Below the pieces are notes generated by a model, which ran no database searches, was not told the DNA's origin, and worked only from the letters and a program-made list of their open reading frames with translations. A stretch of DNA of 64,000 bases from NCBI GenBank assembly GCA_000004985.1, contig GG738860.1. One strand, 5' to 3'. Shown here one piece after another: positions 22,726-34,281 of this stretch. Both the position numbers and the translations under genes were made by a program. Within the stretch, counting starts at the first letter, position 1; every line of letters begins with the position of its first letter. This DNA comes from Naegleria gruberi. Taxonomy: Eukaryota.

Positions 22726-23574
22726 TTATTCGGCTTCAACTTTAATTTCCATACATTTAACCTTTCCAAAGAAATCTTCTCTAAATGGCTTTAATGTTTC
22801 TGATCCATAAACTGAACATAACTTGTCGGTATATGCATTCTTAATTCTAATTCTTGTAAATTTTGCATTTTCGTCCAACAATAGATGACGTTTCATGGCA
22901 ATCATCAAATTTTGTAAACTGGCAAAGTCTGTTTCAGTCATCTTTACCAGATTTCTTCTTCCTTGATTTGTTAATGATATTTGGCATGATTGTTCAATTG
23001 GTTTTTTGACTGGTGACGCTTTTTTGATTAATGAATTAGTGACAGTTTTGTGTTGCTTTGAAATTCCATTGCTTGTTGGTCCAGTGACATCTGGTCTGAT
23101 GTTTGGATTTACTGGATTGAGAGGAATTCTTGAAGTATATGATGTGCCAGATGTTGAAGTTCTTCTTTGATCATTGACAGGTTGACCTCTTCCTTGATTT
23201 GTGTTAGCATCAGAAATAACATTCATTTTCTTGGCCTTTACCATTACTACATTATAAAACTCATCGATCAACCTTTTCTTGTAAAGATCTTTAGCTCCAG
23301 AATAATCTCTGTTTCCAACTCTTCTTGTAAAGTTTTCCAATTGTTGGATGATGAATTCATCGAATTCTGCTGAACGATCGGTAGGGATGGGATGAGAGTA
23401 GATTCTGGCATTCTCTGAAGCTATGAGTGGAGATGGTAGGTTGGTTCTTTCAGAGAGTGCTTTGGTGTGTGGACAAGTGACGTTCTTTTTGTGACAGACA
23501 GGACAACGGTTGGATTTGAGAGTCAATTTGGCAAAGTGTTCATCTTTGATAAGAGGAAGATTTGCTTGTTGCAT
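22726..23574 (-). CDS. Member C of the same tandem family, about 282 aa from the first ATG.
   Basis: RCPVCHKKNVTCPHT…LIASENARIYSHPIP…RDYSG. C-terminal KMTETDFASLQNLMIAMKRHL block. Confidence 0.6.
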   Translation of the reverse strand: MQQANLPLIKDEHFAKLTLKSNRCPVCHKKNVTCPHTKALSERTNLPSPLIASENARIYSHPIPTDRSAEFDEFIIQQLENFTRRVGNRDYSGAKDLYKKRLIDEFYNVVMVKAKKMNVISDANTNQGRGQPVNDQRRTSTSGTSYTSRIPLNPVNPNIRPDVTGPTSNGISKQHKTVTNSLIKKASPVKKPIEQSCQISLTNQGRRNLVKMTETDFASLQNLMIAMKRHLLLDENAKFTRIRIKNAYTDKLCSVYGSETLKPFREDFFGKVKCMEIKVEAE

Positions 23575-24132
23575 TTTTTTATTGTTGAATTCTTTGTTAT
23601 CGAGTGCGAGAGCAAACAAGAATTGCTGTCATGGGAAATTTGACATGTTGACAGCGGCAAACTTTCTTGTTCTTTCAAATTTAGAGAATTGAACACAAAT
23701 GCATCACTAACCATGTCCACCAAGTATTTTTGTTTTCTAATAGTTTTGTATTGTTGTTTCAAATTGTTAAGAAGTGACAGTTGTAACGTAAATGTGTGAA
23801 ATAAAAACTTACCTTTTTCGACTTGAATTGTTGGAGCAATGTAACTCAAATCGTTGATTGCAGATACAGGTAATTAGAGAGTAAGATGTTTCTAATGGGG
23901 AATTATTTCAACCATTGCAGGTTCACGTACAAATGGTAACAAAAAGTTTGCAACCCTCGAGTGTTTTGGGAGGGTTAATTCGAAATCCAATTACAATCAA
24001 AAGATTTTTTCAAAGATGTCATTCTAACAACAACAAATTCCAGATTGAACCTCAACAAGAAATTCAAAATCAAGAAAAACATTAAAAACAAGCGAAAATT
24101 GGAGAATTTTTAAAACCAACAACCAAAAAAAA

Positions 24133-25458
24133 ATGTCGCAACCAAATGCTGAGCACAATTCTTGTGTGGAAGAAGCTTCTTCCGAGAGTGTTGATCATCA
24201 TCACGAGCACGGAAAGGAGGGATTGAAAGCTCCTACTCCTGCCGATTTAACAGTCTCCTCGGAATGGTTTGAATTTATTTTACAAAAGAAGGGTTTATTA
24301 AATCATAATGATGAAAATCATGTGTTGAATGTAGAGATGAAACCTTTGGCTGAGAATAGAGGACTTTGTGCAGTAATGACTCGATTGAGTGTTACTTATT
24401 CTGATCCTGATTGTAAATTACCAAAATCCTTTGTGTTGAAATCAATTCCAAATACTGAAGAAGCTAGAGCTCAATCAAGTACACGTGGACAATTCAGAGA
24501 AGGATTGTTTTATGAAAGTGACTTGTTGGAAAAGTTAGATGCTTCTGAAAATCATGTATTATATGCTCATGGATGTGAAAAAACTGGTGAATATATTATT
24601 TTGATGAATGATTTGAAAAATAGGTAGGTTACTGAGATATTCCACATTCGGACTGACAATATTAGTGATCATGTGGTTGGCGTGAATTTTGTGTTTGGAA
24701 ATCAAGTATGGGGAGTTCCTGAATTCAATGTCAAACTTCCAGAGCCAATTCCTGTTTTGGAACAAATGTACAAGGCATGTGCAAGATTGAATGCCAAGTT
24801 TTGGAAGGATCCATCATTATTGAACCATACCTTTTTGAAATCTTCTGCTTTCTACAGAGGAGAAAGACAAGTTGGATGGGAAACTGGTATGAATACTGCT
24901 AGAAATGCCTGGAAAGTTGCCAAGGAAAGAAATTCAAAGAGTGAATTATTCAAATTCTCTGATAAGTTGATTGAAATTATTGACAAGTCATTAGAGTTGG
25001 CAAGTTGGGAAAATATGCAAAAGGCAATTCTTGAAGAACCATTCACTTTATGTCATGGAGATTTCCATGCCAGTAACATGTTTGTGAATGTTGATACTTT
25101 GGAAGTATCCATGTTTGATTGGTCTGAAGTTGGAGTGTGGAATCCAGTTACTGACTTGGCTCAAACTCTCATCTCTGATGTTAAACCTGAAATTGTTGCA
25201 CAAAATTCAAAACATTTAGTCAAAGTTTATTATGATGAATTGGCCAATTGTGGAGCTGATTTGACTGGATTCTCATTTGAAGATTGTTGGAATGTTTTCT
25301 GTAAGAATGGGCCTGAGAGATGGATTTGGCTATTTGTTGTCTTGTCATCCATGTCTGTTATTCCTGATAAGGCCATCAAATTCTGGCATGATAATTTATT
25401 ATCATTTATTGAATCACATGGCGATTATCCAATTTACAACCTTAAGAGTATTGTTTAG
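24133..25458 (+). CDS. Kinase-like phosphotransferase (APH/choline-kinase fold, EcKL/DUF1679-like). Two exons: 24133-24623 and 24666-25458.
   Basis: LCHGDFHASNMF (HGDxxxxN catalytic motif) and DWSEVG (DFG-like). Exons joined through a GTAGGT donor and TATTAG acceptor with a 42-nt intron. Confidence 0.6.
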
Positions 25459-25638
25459 ATCCTTATAAATATTTAGAGTTGTAATTTTTCAATAATTGTT
25501 TTTCAAATCTAAACACCTTTATTTTTAAATCCTATATCCTTTGGTAAATATCTATGACTTGAAATAATTAACCAACTTGTACAAGGAAGCATATGTGTTA
25601 AGGTAAATATAAATACCATATTTTCATAATGAACGAGA

Positions 25639-25710
25639 TCCCGTGTAGTCCAATGGCTAGGATACCTGGCTTTCACCCAGGAGGTCCGGGTTCAATTCCC
25701 GGCATGGGAG
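25639..25710 (+). tRNA. tRNA-Glu (anticodon UUC), 72 nt.
   Basis: TCCCGTGTAGTCCAATGGCTAGGATACCTGGCTTTCACCCAGGAGGTCCGGGTTCAATTCCCGGCATGGGAG. A 7-bp acceptor stem pairs with the 3' end. The anticodon loop is CT-TTC-AC. A GTTCAATTCC T-loop is present. T-rich tracts follow downstream. Confidence 0.85.
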
Positions 25711-26534
25711 GATTGTTTTTGTTTTGCTCAGACAAAATTTTATCCCAGAGGAGCTTATCATTTACTACAAACACAATTGTTGAATCACTATGGCATTGTT
25801 ATTGAAATTAACGAAAAGATATTCGAATAGTAATTCAACTTTGGCTGATGTTGGTTCTTGCAATCAACAAACATAAAAAAATATTCTTCTACTCAAGGAG
25901 GACATGATGATTTTCGGAGTGGTTTTACATCATGAAACCACCAAACTTTCACATCATCTCAACATGATCTAGTAATTTTTATTGGTGGATTATCATCATG
26001 AAATTGGAATTTATTTTTAATGATGGAAAATCATAAGTCGGTGTTCCATCATCGAATCATTCACCAACCATTATCATTATTGTTTTCCATCAATATAATA
26101 ATAGTATTTGTGGAAATTAATTTTTAGTAATGTAATTTTGGTGAAATGTCAAAATTTTCACTAAATTCATCATCACTGCTGGATCTACTGGACAAGTTGG
26201 AAAACTGTCAATGTAGTATTGTTCGGAATGGTCAATAGTAGGTAGGAGAACTTTCTCTTATCAATTTTGGTCAAGTTATGATAGGGTTAGGTACATGTGA
26301 ATTTTGAAAAAGTACATGGACCATAACTCAACATGTACTTCACCAACTTGAATCATGTCTTTTAGTACTACTATTTAAATAGATAATAAACATCATATTT
26401 ATTATCAGATTTTCGTCATGTTGTCAATTTACCAAGTTCCGATATTTGCATGCTACCAGAGTTGATTCCCAAATCAAACAACAATAAAACAACAATTCAT
26501 AATGTTTATTATGTTATTAAATGTATAATTACGA

Positions 26535-26630
26535 NNNNNNNNNNNNNNNNNNNNNNNNNNNNNNNNNNNNNNNNNNNNNNNNNNNNNNNNNNNNNNNNNN
26601 NNNNNNNNNNNNNNNNNNNNNNNNNNNNNN
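26535..26630. other. Assembly gap (96 N).
   Basis: Run of N. ORF-track entries that span it are artefacts. Confidence 0.95.
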
Positions 26631-27322
26631 TAACATGTTTTTATTGTTTTTCTCATGATGTGGATATTGACTTCGCACTGAAACATCACGAATAGCATGT
26701 CATTCATCCATTCTCTACCAGATAATTATCTTTTCCTGTAATTTTCACTATTGGATATTTTACTTTTAATATTTGTGATACTTTACTATTATATTCAATG
26801 AATAAGGGATGAGAAACATTCATTAGAAGAAGATAGATTCCCAGTGATATTCTCTCTCTGTACAATTTATTATTTCAATATCTGACAAATTAATTGAGAT
26901 AGAAGGTATTTCATCAGCTCATATCAAAATAGCTGGAGTTGAACTACCTTGAAAACTCTTGCTGGAGAAACTGGGTATCACTCATACTGATGATAATGGT
27001 GAAAATAATAATTATGATATTGTCGAATTAAACCGGTAGTAGTATTTGATCATTGTTTAAAATATTAATATTAATTTATTTTTTAAAAACAAAATGAAAA
27101 TAATATGGTTACACCAGTGCCAACGTAGGCGTGATTTGCGTCCATTATGCGATAATATAAAATAATATTGTTACATGAACAAGTATGATTAACAACAACA
27201 ATAGCTCGGATGAATATAATTAACATCAAATTTTACCAAGTACATTTACTAATGAATTTAATGTCATTTATATCAATTTAGCTAGGATGGTGCACATGTA
27301 TTGGCACTTAATGAAAATATAT

Positions 27323-28176
27323 TTACAATTTATATTTCCAAACCAAATTCATAGATTGATGAGGTTGTGGAACGTGTAGGAATGGCTTTTTGGTTCCTAG
27401 CTTTTCATTCTTAATTTCATAGTCTGCATATACAATTCGATTCTGAATTGAAAATCCATTCTTCTCCAATGCCTTGGTAGAATAATTACTAGAACATTCG
27501 GCAAATGCTTGTTCGAAACCTCGTTCCTTACAATCTTGCAAATGAACCTTACTCAACTCTGACATGACACCATTTCCTTGATAGAAATCAGCCGTGACAC
27601 CAACAAGAAAATGAAGAATCTTTCCAACATTTTGAGGAGTAAACATCTTTTCAGGAGTGTGAATACCAAATTTTTCGTGTTGTGGATGGTTGGCAATGAA
27701 TTCAAAATATTGGGTGTGCAAATCTTCGAATAATTGAAGACCTTCTGGATAGAAATCAATTGTGGAGAAGGAATCGTCGAATACAGATTTAACATGGTCA
27801 CAACTGTAGACAGCTCCAACAATCAATCTGAAATATTTGAAAGTTAATAACTTCATTATTGAAAAATTACTTACCCACTCTTATCAATTGCAACATGACC
27901 TAATCCTTCTTCGACAGCTCTATGAGCTAATATAGATGCAAAATGATAGATGTCTGTTGGTTGGAATTTGTTTCCCATTATTGGTTCATGTTTGCCAAAT
28001 GTCATGGAAGTCAACAATATTGCTTCTTTAACATTTTCCTTTGTTAGAGGTTCAATAGTGAAGGATTTGTGAACACTGTAGCATTTCTTGACATTCACGC
28101 GTGTTGAAATTGAGAAATTGTTAAATCTCTTGAGTGTTGGCACTTGTTTGTTGATCAGCAACTTGAACGATTTCAT
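27323..28176 (-). CDS. GNAT-family N-acetyltransferase-like protein. Two exons: 28176-27875 and 27827-27323.
   Basis: A GTAAGT donor and TTTCAG acceptor (47-nt intron) join the two ORFs in frame. The Q/RxxGxG-type motif FYQGNGVMSEL and ALEKNGF are typical of the GNAT fold. Confidence 0.5.
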
Positions 28177-28700
28177 TCTTTTTGATTGGATTTGTTATTT
28201 TGCAAAATATGAGATGACTTTAATAGTTGTTTGATTCTAATTTGAGTGCAGTCAAAGGTAATAACCTTGGAATTCCGTGTTCGTTCGATGTGGCAGCAAA
28301 CCATGTCCTCGGACTTGGTGTGAGAGTTGCTAAGACAACAATAGGTAACTTTGAAGAAATTCCTCTTGCACAAGAATATTCTCTTGATGAAGAAGATATT
28401 TCACTCACATTGCAATACAATTAACATTTTGGACGCTTATTGTTACTTTCAACGATTATGATGGCCACCTACTCACTACTGTGGCAGTTTTAAACAAAAT
28501 GGCGCCAAAAGAACTGTACTCTGTCATCAAATTTGGCAATACTTTACACAACGGTCTTAGGATCATCTGCAACAGCAAACTCTCCCTCCAAAATTCCACT
28601 CTTACAGGAAAGCAAGTTCATCTACACTATTATTCTGCACGCTTTTTGTTAAGGAGCAAAGCAGCCTTAAATTCTTTCTTAAACGTAGAAAAAAACAAAA

Positions 28701-31700
28701 ATGGGACGAGTCACAACTATTAAGAGTGCCAACATTGTTGGTTTTTCTCTTGCTATTGTGCTGATAATGATGGCCATGGTAGTGATGGTTAAGGGTACAT
28801 CATTAAATCCATACTCTGTCAAGATTAGCACATTTGCTGGTGGAAATGGTGAATTCAAAGATCCACAAAAACTTGCTAGATTATCAAATGGTGATATTCT
28901 GGTCACTGATGCTTTAGGTCATGCTATTAAGAAGATTAACGGAACTGGTGTGATTACTACAATTGCTGGTACTGGTGTTGCTGGTTTTGCTGGTGATAAT
29001 GGACCAGCCATCAATGCTCAAGTTAACAAACCATACGGTATTGCTGTTTCAAGCAATGATGAAATTTATTTCGCTGACTCTATGAATCATAGAATTAGAA
29101 AAATTGACATCACAGGTAATATTACAACAGTGGTTGGTACTGGCGCTAACACTTTCAGTGGTGATGGTGGTTTGGCCACTGATTGTACCATGAATACTCC
29201 AATGGATGTATCATTGAGTGCTTCAGGAGAATTATACATTGCTGATATGTATAATTATAGAATTAGAAAGGTTTTGACCAATGGCACTATTGTCACATTT
29301 GCTGGTAATGGTCAATCAGGTCATATAGGTGATGGTGGTTTGGCAACAAATGCTGCTATGGCTCTTGCTTATGGTGTTAAAGTTTTTTCAAATGGAGAGG
29401 TTTACATTTCAGATAGTTTCAATTTCAAAGTTAGAAAGGTTGATGTTAATGGTAATATTACAACTGTTGCTGGTTCTGGTGCTGGACCATTCAATGGTGA
29501 CAATGTTTTGGCCACTGCTGCCAATTTGAATCATCCAACTGATGTTCTTCGTTTGGATACAGGTGAATTGATAATTGCAGACACTGACAATTACAGAATT
29601 AGACTTGTTATGCCAAATGGTACAATTATTACAACTGCTGGTAATGGTACTGCTTCATTCTCTGATGGTGAAATTGCTGAAGAAAATGGATTATCTCTTC
29701 CAACTGGTTTGTTAATGATTCAAAACGGATTATTAATTGCTGATGCTGGTAATAAGAGAATTAGATTATTGCAAAGTAGAATTTATTCATGCTATGGAAA
29801 GTCATATCTCGATTCAAGTGTTTGTAGTGGTCAAGGTCAATGTGTTGGTAATAATATGTGTCAATGCAATGCTGGATTTGAAGGCCCAACTTGTCTTCCA
29901 TCTAGCTATTATATTACAACTGTTGCAAGAGGTTTGAAGGATCCACAAAAGATTTCCAAATTGTCAAATGGCGACCTTATTGTTTCTGATACAGGCGATC
30001 ACTCTATTAAGAAGATAAGTTACTCAACCGGTGTTGTTACCAGAATTGCCGGTACTGGAGTTGCAGGTTTTTCAGGTGATGGTGGTTTAGCAACTCTGGC
30101 TCAATTCAATAAGCCATATGGTATTGCAGTTACAATTAATGATGAAATTTACATTGCTGACTCTTTAAATCATAGAATTAGATTTATTGATGTTAATGGC
30201 AATATTTCAACTGTTGTTGGTACTTCAATTGGATTCTCTGGTGATGGTGGTTTGGCTACAGCAGCTAAATTGAATGCTCCCATGGATGTTTCATTGAGCG
30301 CTTCAGGTGATTTATATATTGCTGATAGAGATAATTATAGAATTAGAAAGGTTTTGGCCAATGGCACTATTGTCACATTTGCTGGTAATGGTCAATCAGG
30401 TCATATTGGAGATGGTGGTCAAGCAATAAGTGCTGCCTTATCTCAAGCTTATGGTGTTAGAGTTGTTAATGATGAAGTTTACATTTCAGATAGTAATAAT
30501 TTCAAAGTTAGAAAGATTGATGTTAGTGGAGTTATTACAACAATTGCTGGTACTGGTGCTGGACCATTCAATGGTGACAATGTTTTGGCCACTGCTGCCA
30601 ATTTGAATCATCCAACTGATGTTGCATTCCTCTCAAATGGTGAAATGTTGATTGCTGATACTGACAATAACAGAGTCAGAATGGTTTTAACCAATGGTAC
30701 TATTGTTTCAATTGCCGGTAATGGTACTGCCTCTTTCTCTGATGGTAGAATTGCCACCTCAAGAGGATTATCTCTTCCAACTGGTATTTTGGTTGTTTCA
30801 GATGATGAAATTTATATTGCTGATGCTAAAAATGGTAGAATTAGATTACTTTCCTCTAAATTCTTTACTTGTAATGGTATTGATCAAACTGAGACCTCAG
30901 TTTGTAGTGGACATGGTTCATGTGTTTCAAAGGATAACTGTGTTTGTAAACAAGGCTGGTCTGGTGCAAACTGTGACACAACAATTCAAGCTCCACAATG
31001 TGCCAATCAAACATTGGGTATTAATATTCCATGTTCTGGACATGGTACTTGTGCAAATGGTGTTTGTACATGTTCCCCTGATTTCTATGGATCATACTGT
31101 TCACTCTCTGTTATGATAAGTTCTAAAGGATATACTCATCCAATGATGGGTGTTTTCATGATGGCTATTATTAATTCATTGACCCTTGATGGTATTTCAA
31201 ATGTTGATTACAGCTGGTCTCAAATTTCTGGACCAACCATTTCCAATTTGGCATCCATGACCAATTTGAATACTCCAACATTAATAATTCCAGGAAAATT
31301 CAATGCCCTTTCATTCAATAATGGTCTCGTTTCTGGTAGTACATATGGTTTTGCATTGACTGCCAAGATTACCACTGGTGTCATCACAACTACTGTCACA
31401 ACTTCAACCACCGTTTTTGTTCAACAAAATCCTACATTGACTTTCACTTTACATGATGACAGCACCAATCAAGCTGTTACTTCAGGTGTTGCTGGTACAA
31501 CTGTTTTCAGAATTAATATTACAAGAAACTCAAATCCTTACTCTGATTCTAGTTTCAAATATGGATTTGGTTTTTCTGATTCTAGCAGTATTACAATTCT
31601 AACTGATATGAGTGAAGGACCAGCAACATTTAAATTGCCATTCATTTCAGGTCAATCAAGTGTTGATATCTACGTTAGATGTGAAGGAGATCACTCAGAC

Positions 31701-32801
31701 AGTGTTCAAAAATTGACAACTATCTCATTGACAAATCCAGTATCTAATTTGCCTCCAAGCCAAGCCATTTCAACCATTCAAAATCTCTTTACTTCAAATT
31801 CATCTGTTGCTGATTTGTTGGGTGCTGCTTCACTTTTGAACACCATTACAACAACCGATTCTACACAAATCGCAAATAAGCAATCTATCAGAAATTCAAT
31901 CATTACAACAATTTCTAAAGCAATTTCCTCTGGAGATCTTGGCTCTGCAATTAAGGCCCTCTCTACAGTAACATCTGTCACCTCAGAAATCACCAAAACT
32001 TCTGCTGACAATACACTCGATACTATGATTAGTGGAACCACCAATCCACAATTCTCCAGAAATGAAGTTGATGCACTCGTTAATATTGCTTCAAATATTG
32101 TTACTGTTTCAAGCAGTAGTAAGACACTTACATTTGGTAATGCAATGGGATCAAAGCTTGTTGCACACATGTCCCTGGGAGATTTAGTTAGTAGTAGTGG
32201 AGCCAATTTTGGAATTGCTGTTTCCAAGGGCGTGTCTTCATTGTCTCTTTCAAATGTATCGATCGCTTTATCACCAAATTCAAGATCTTTGGCTGGTATT
32301 GAATGTTACTTCATTGTTGATATTAAGGACACACTTGGCTTCTTACAATGTTTGGCAAACAGCAACTGGGTAGCCAGAACAGGACCAAAATACGCACCAG
32401 GTACTGAAAGAGCAATTGGTGGAGTCACATATTCTGTTGGTTCATTGATTTATGACATGACACCAATGTACGACAATGGAACCATTGTTTCTGGTAATGT
32501 TACAAGTTTGAATGATATTCAAATTACAATTCCTTACACAGGATCATTGACACCAGTTTGTGGTATTCATAATAGTGATGACACTTACTCTGTCAATACC
32601 AAAGCTACACTTATCAAAGGAAGTGGATCAGTAACTTGTAAAACAAAGGTCTTGAGAGGAAATGTTTTGCTTTTGGCAACCCAAACTACAACTGATGCCA
32701 GTGTTACACCTAAGAAATCTACAGTTCTTGGCGGAGCTGAAACTAACAAGTTGAGTGCTTTCTTAATGTGTCTATTGTTACTTGCAATGTTACTTTTCTA
32801 A
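28701..32801 (+). CDS. Cell-surface protein with two NHL beta-propeller units and three EGF-like modules, 1366 aa. Putative signal peptide and C-terminal hydrophobic (GPI-like) tail.
   Basis: Single exon. Repeated NHL-type blades (…GDGG.A…LN.P.GV…D..N.RIR…). Cys-rich EGF patterns (CSGQGQCVGNNMCQCNAGFEGPTC and others). S/T-rich C-terminal half. The hydrophobic end is LSAFLMCLLLLAMLLF. Confidence 0.8.
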   Translation: MGRVTTIKSANIVGFSLAIVLIMMAMVVMVKGTSLNPYSVKISTFAGGNGEFKDPQKLARLSNGDILVTDALGHAIKKINGTGVITTIAGTGVAGFAGDNGPAINAQVNKPYGIAVSSNDEIYFADSMNHRIRKIDITGNITTVVGTGANTFSGDGGLATDCTMNTPMDVSLSASGELYIADMYNYRIRKVLTNGTIVTFAGNGQSGHIGDGGLATNAAMALAYGVKVFSNGEVYISDSFNFKVRKVDVNGNITTVAGSGAGPFNGDNVLATAANLNHPTDVLRLDTGELIIADTDNYRIRLVMPNGTIITTAGNGTASFSDGEIAEENGLSLPTGLLMIQNGLLIADAGNKRIRLLQSRIYSCYGKSYLDSSVCSGQGQCVGNNMCQCNAGFEGPTCLPSSYYITTVARGLKDPQKISKLSNGDLIVSDTGDHSIKKISYSTGVVTRIAGTGVAGFSGDGGLATLAQFNKPYGIAVTINDEIYIADSLNHRIRFIDVNGNISTVVGTSIGFSGDGGLATAAKLNAPMDVSLSASGDLYIADRDNYRIRKVLANGTIVTFAGNGQSGHIGDGGQAISAALSQAYGVRVVNDEVYISDSNNFKVRKIDVSGVITTIAGTGAGPFNGDNVLATAANLNHPTDVAFLSNGEMLIADTDNNRVRMVLTNGTIVSIAGNGTASFSDGRIATSRGLSLPTGILVVSDDEIYIADAKNGRIRLLSSKFFTCNGIDQTETSVCSGHGSCVSKDNCVCKQGWSGANCDTTIQAPQCANQTLGINIPCSGHGTCANGVCTCSPDFYGSYCSLSVMISSKGYTHPMMGVFMMAIINSLTLDGISNVDYSWSQISGPTISNLASMTNLNTPTLIIPGKFNALSFNNGLVSGSTYGFALTAKITTGVITTTVTTSTTVFVQQNPTLTFTLHDDSTNQAVTSGVAGTTVFRINITRNSNPYSDSSFKYGFGFSDSSSITILTDMSEGPATFKLPFISGQSSVDIYVRCEGDHSDSVQKLTTISLTNPVSNLPPSQAISTIQNLFTSNSSVADLLGAASLLNTITTTDSTQIANKQSIRNSIITTISKAISSGDLGSAIKALSTVTSVTSEITKTSADNTLDTMISGTTNPQFSRNEVDALVNIASNIVTVSSSSKTLTFGNAMGSKLVAHMSLGDLVSSSGANFGIAVSKGVSSLSLSNVSIALSPNSRSLAGIECYFIVDIKDTLGFLQCLANSNWVARTGPKYAPGTERAIGGVTYSVGSLIYDMTPMYDNGTIVSGNVTSLNDIQITIPYTGSLTPVCGIHNSDDTYSVNTKATLIKGSGSVTCKTKVLRGNVLLLATQTTTDASVTPKKSTVLGGAETNKLSAFLMCLLLLAMLLF
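28830..30990 (+). repeat. Intragenic tandem duplication (two units of about 1080 bp, each NHL propeller plus EGF) with tracts of 100% nucleotide identity.
   Basis: The same 66-nt string (gctggaccattcaatggtgacaatgttttggccactgctgccaatttgaatcatccaactgatgtt) and a roughly 50-nt string (ccaatggcactattgtcacatttgctggtaatggtcaatcaggtcatat) occur in both units, offset by about 1080 nt. Confidence 0.6.
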
Positions 32802-32914
32802 AATAAACTATTATAGTTTACATAAGAGGTGTCTGTTTCATTCAAGAAAACAAAATAAACTTATGGATCTTGCTTATCATTATCGTTGATTAAATTTATT
32901 AAGAGGATCCTTTC

Positions 32915-34281
32915 TTAAATATTATTATTGGTTGGAGTTTCAAGTGGAGATTGGTTTGATTTGTCGCTCACAACAGGTGAATCCTCCAAATGTAAACTAT
33001 TTCTAGTGGAATTGGGGGTTCCTCCTGCAGATTTCCTTGTTCTATTTCTAGAAGATGAAATATTATTCGATTTCATGCTCAATGTTCCGCTATGATTATC
33101 GTAATCCTTTTTAAGGATGTGAATTGGTGAATATAGAGCTAGTGCAGTAAACGCAAACACTAAAATTCCAGCTGTATTTAGAGTTGAGTATCCAAGAGCT
33201 AAATGAGAAAGTTCAGGATCTTCCTGAGCTATTCCAAATCCGAAAGCTATTGCCTCAAAAATGAAACATCCGAATAATCCACATTGTAATATAAGAACTT
33301 TAATTACAGAATGTTTCTTCTTCTGCTTATCTTCTGACAATCGTGAAATAATTCTCAAAACAATTGTGGCAGCAGCCTTTCAAAATTATTAGAAACTACT
33401 CTTCTAGATTTTCAACTTACAATTAACATTGAAATTTGAATAGAGACTTGAACAACAAACATTAAAATACAAATTCCATAAATGTACATTGTCAAATCAT
33501 CCGAAACCATTCCCAATTTTTGTAAAATTGTCAATATTGTTCCTGTCAAGTTTACAACAATCAAGCCAACCGAGTTTACAATTGTTAAAATTGTAACAGA
33601 TTTTGTAAAGTAACGAATCTTTTTAGAGTTCAATAATCCACTCGATAATCGAAAGGTTTCAATGAAAACTAAAGTAACAAACCAAATAATTCCAATCATT
33701 ACTTGAACATCAATCAGGATGAAAAATAATTCAAAAGCAACACTAATGCTATAGACTACTAATTGCCCTGTTGTGATACCTACATCACTTGGGGTAATAT
33801 TCAGTGAATTGTTGTACCAGAGAAAGGTGTCGAAATTTGGAAAATTTGTCGAGTTTCGTTCAAAAGTTTCGGCATATTGTTGGAATCTTAATCCGAAATT
33901 AATATTTAAACTGTCGTAGAATATTCTACACAATAAAACAATGCATTCGATTGAGCAAAGAATCAACACACCAAAAATCATACGTTTCTGATTTTTCATC
34001 ATGACTTGTTTCTCTGTGTTTAATTTCGAATAAACAAAATATGATCCAATAATAATAACCAATCCAAAGGTAAGAAATAGAGATAGTACAGCAATTGATA
34101 TTTCAATATACGAAACAATTAATGGCTCTATCCTAAACACTGTCTTTAAAATATCATTGGTAGTCGAATTATTAGATTCTACTTGTGCTACAAGAAATAT
34201 GGAAGAGATAGAACTGCTAACCATTGAAGTTAGTGTTGTTCTTTTTTTTGATGTATTTAAAGTCAGCTGTTCAAATGTCAT
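32915..34281 (-). CDS. Multi-pass transmembrane protein (7-8 predicted TM segments). Two exons: 34281-33421 and 33376-32915, about 440 aa.
   Basis: A GTAAGT donor and TTTGAAAG acceptor (44-nt intron) join the two ORFs. Multiple 20-25 aa hydrophobic stretches. Hydrophilic S/N-rich C-terminal tail. Confidence 0.6.

Noticed and set aside
26450-26707. ORF-track entries 26450-26695 (+) and 26474-26707 (-) containing long runs of X. Likewise 60964-61227 and 60971-61231, and the 41662-42879 entry that crosses the 42551-42600 gap.
   Set aside because: They are translated across assembly gaps (N runs), so the ORFs are artefacts or chimeras. Only the non-N parts were interpreted.
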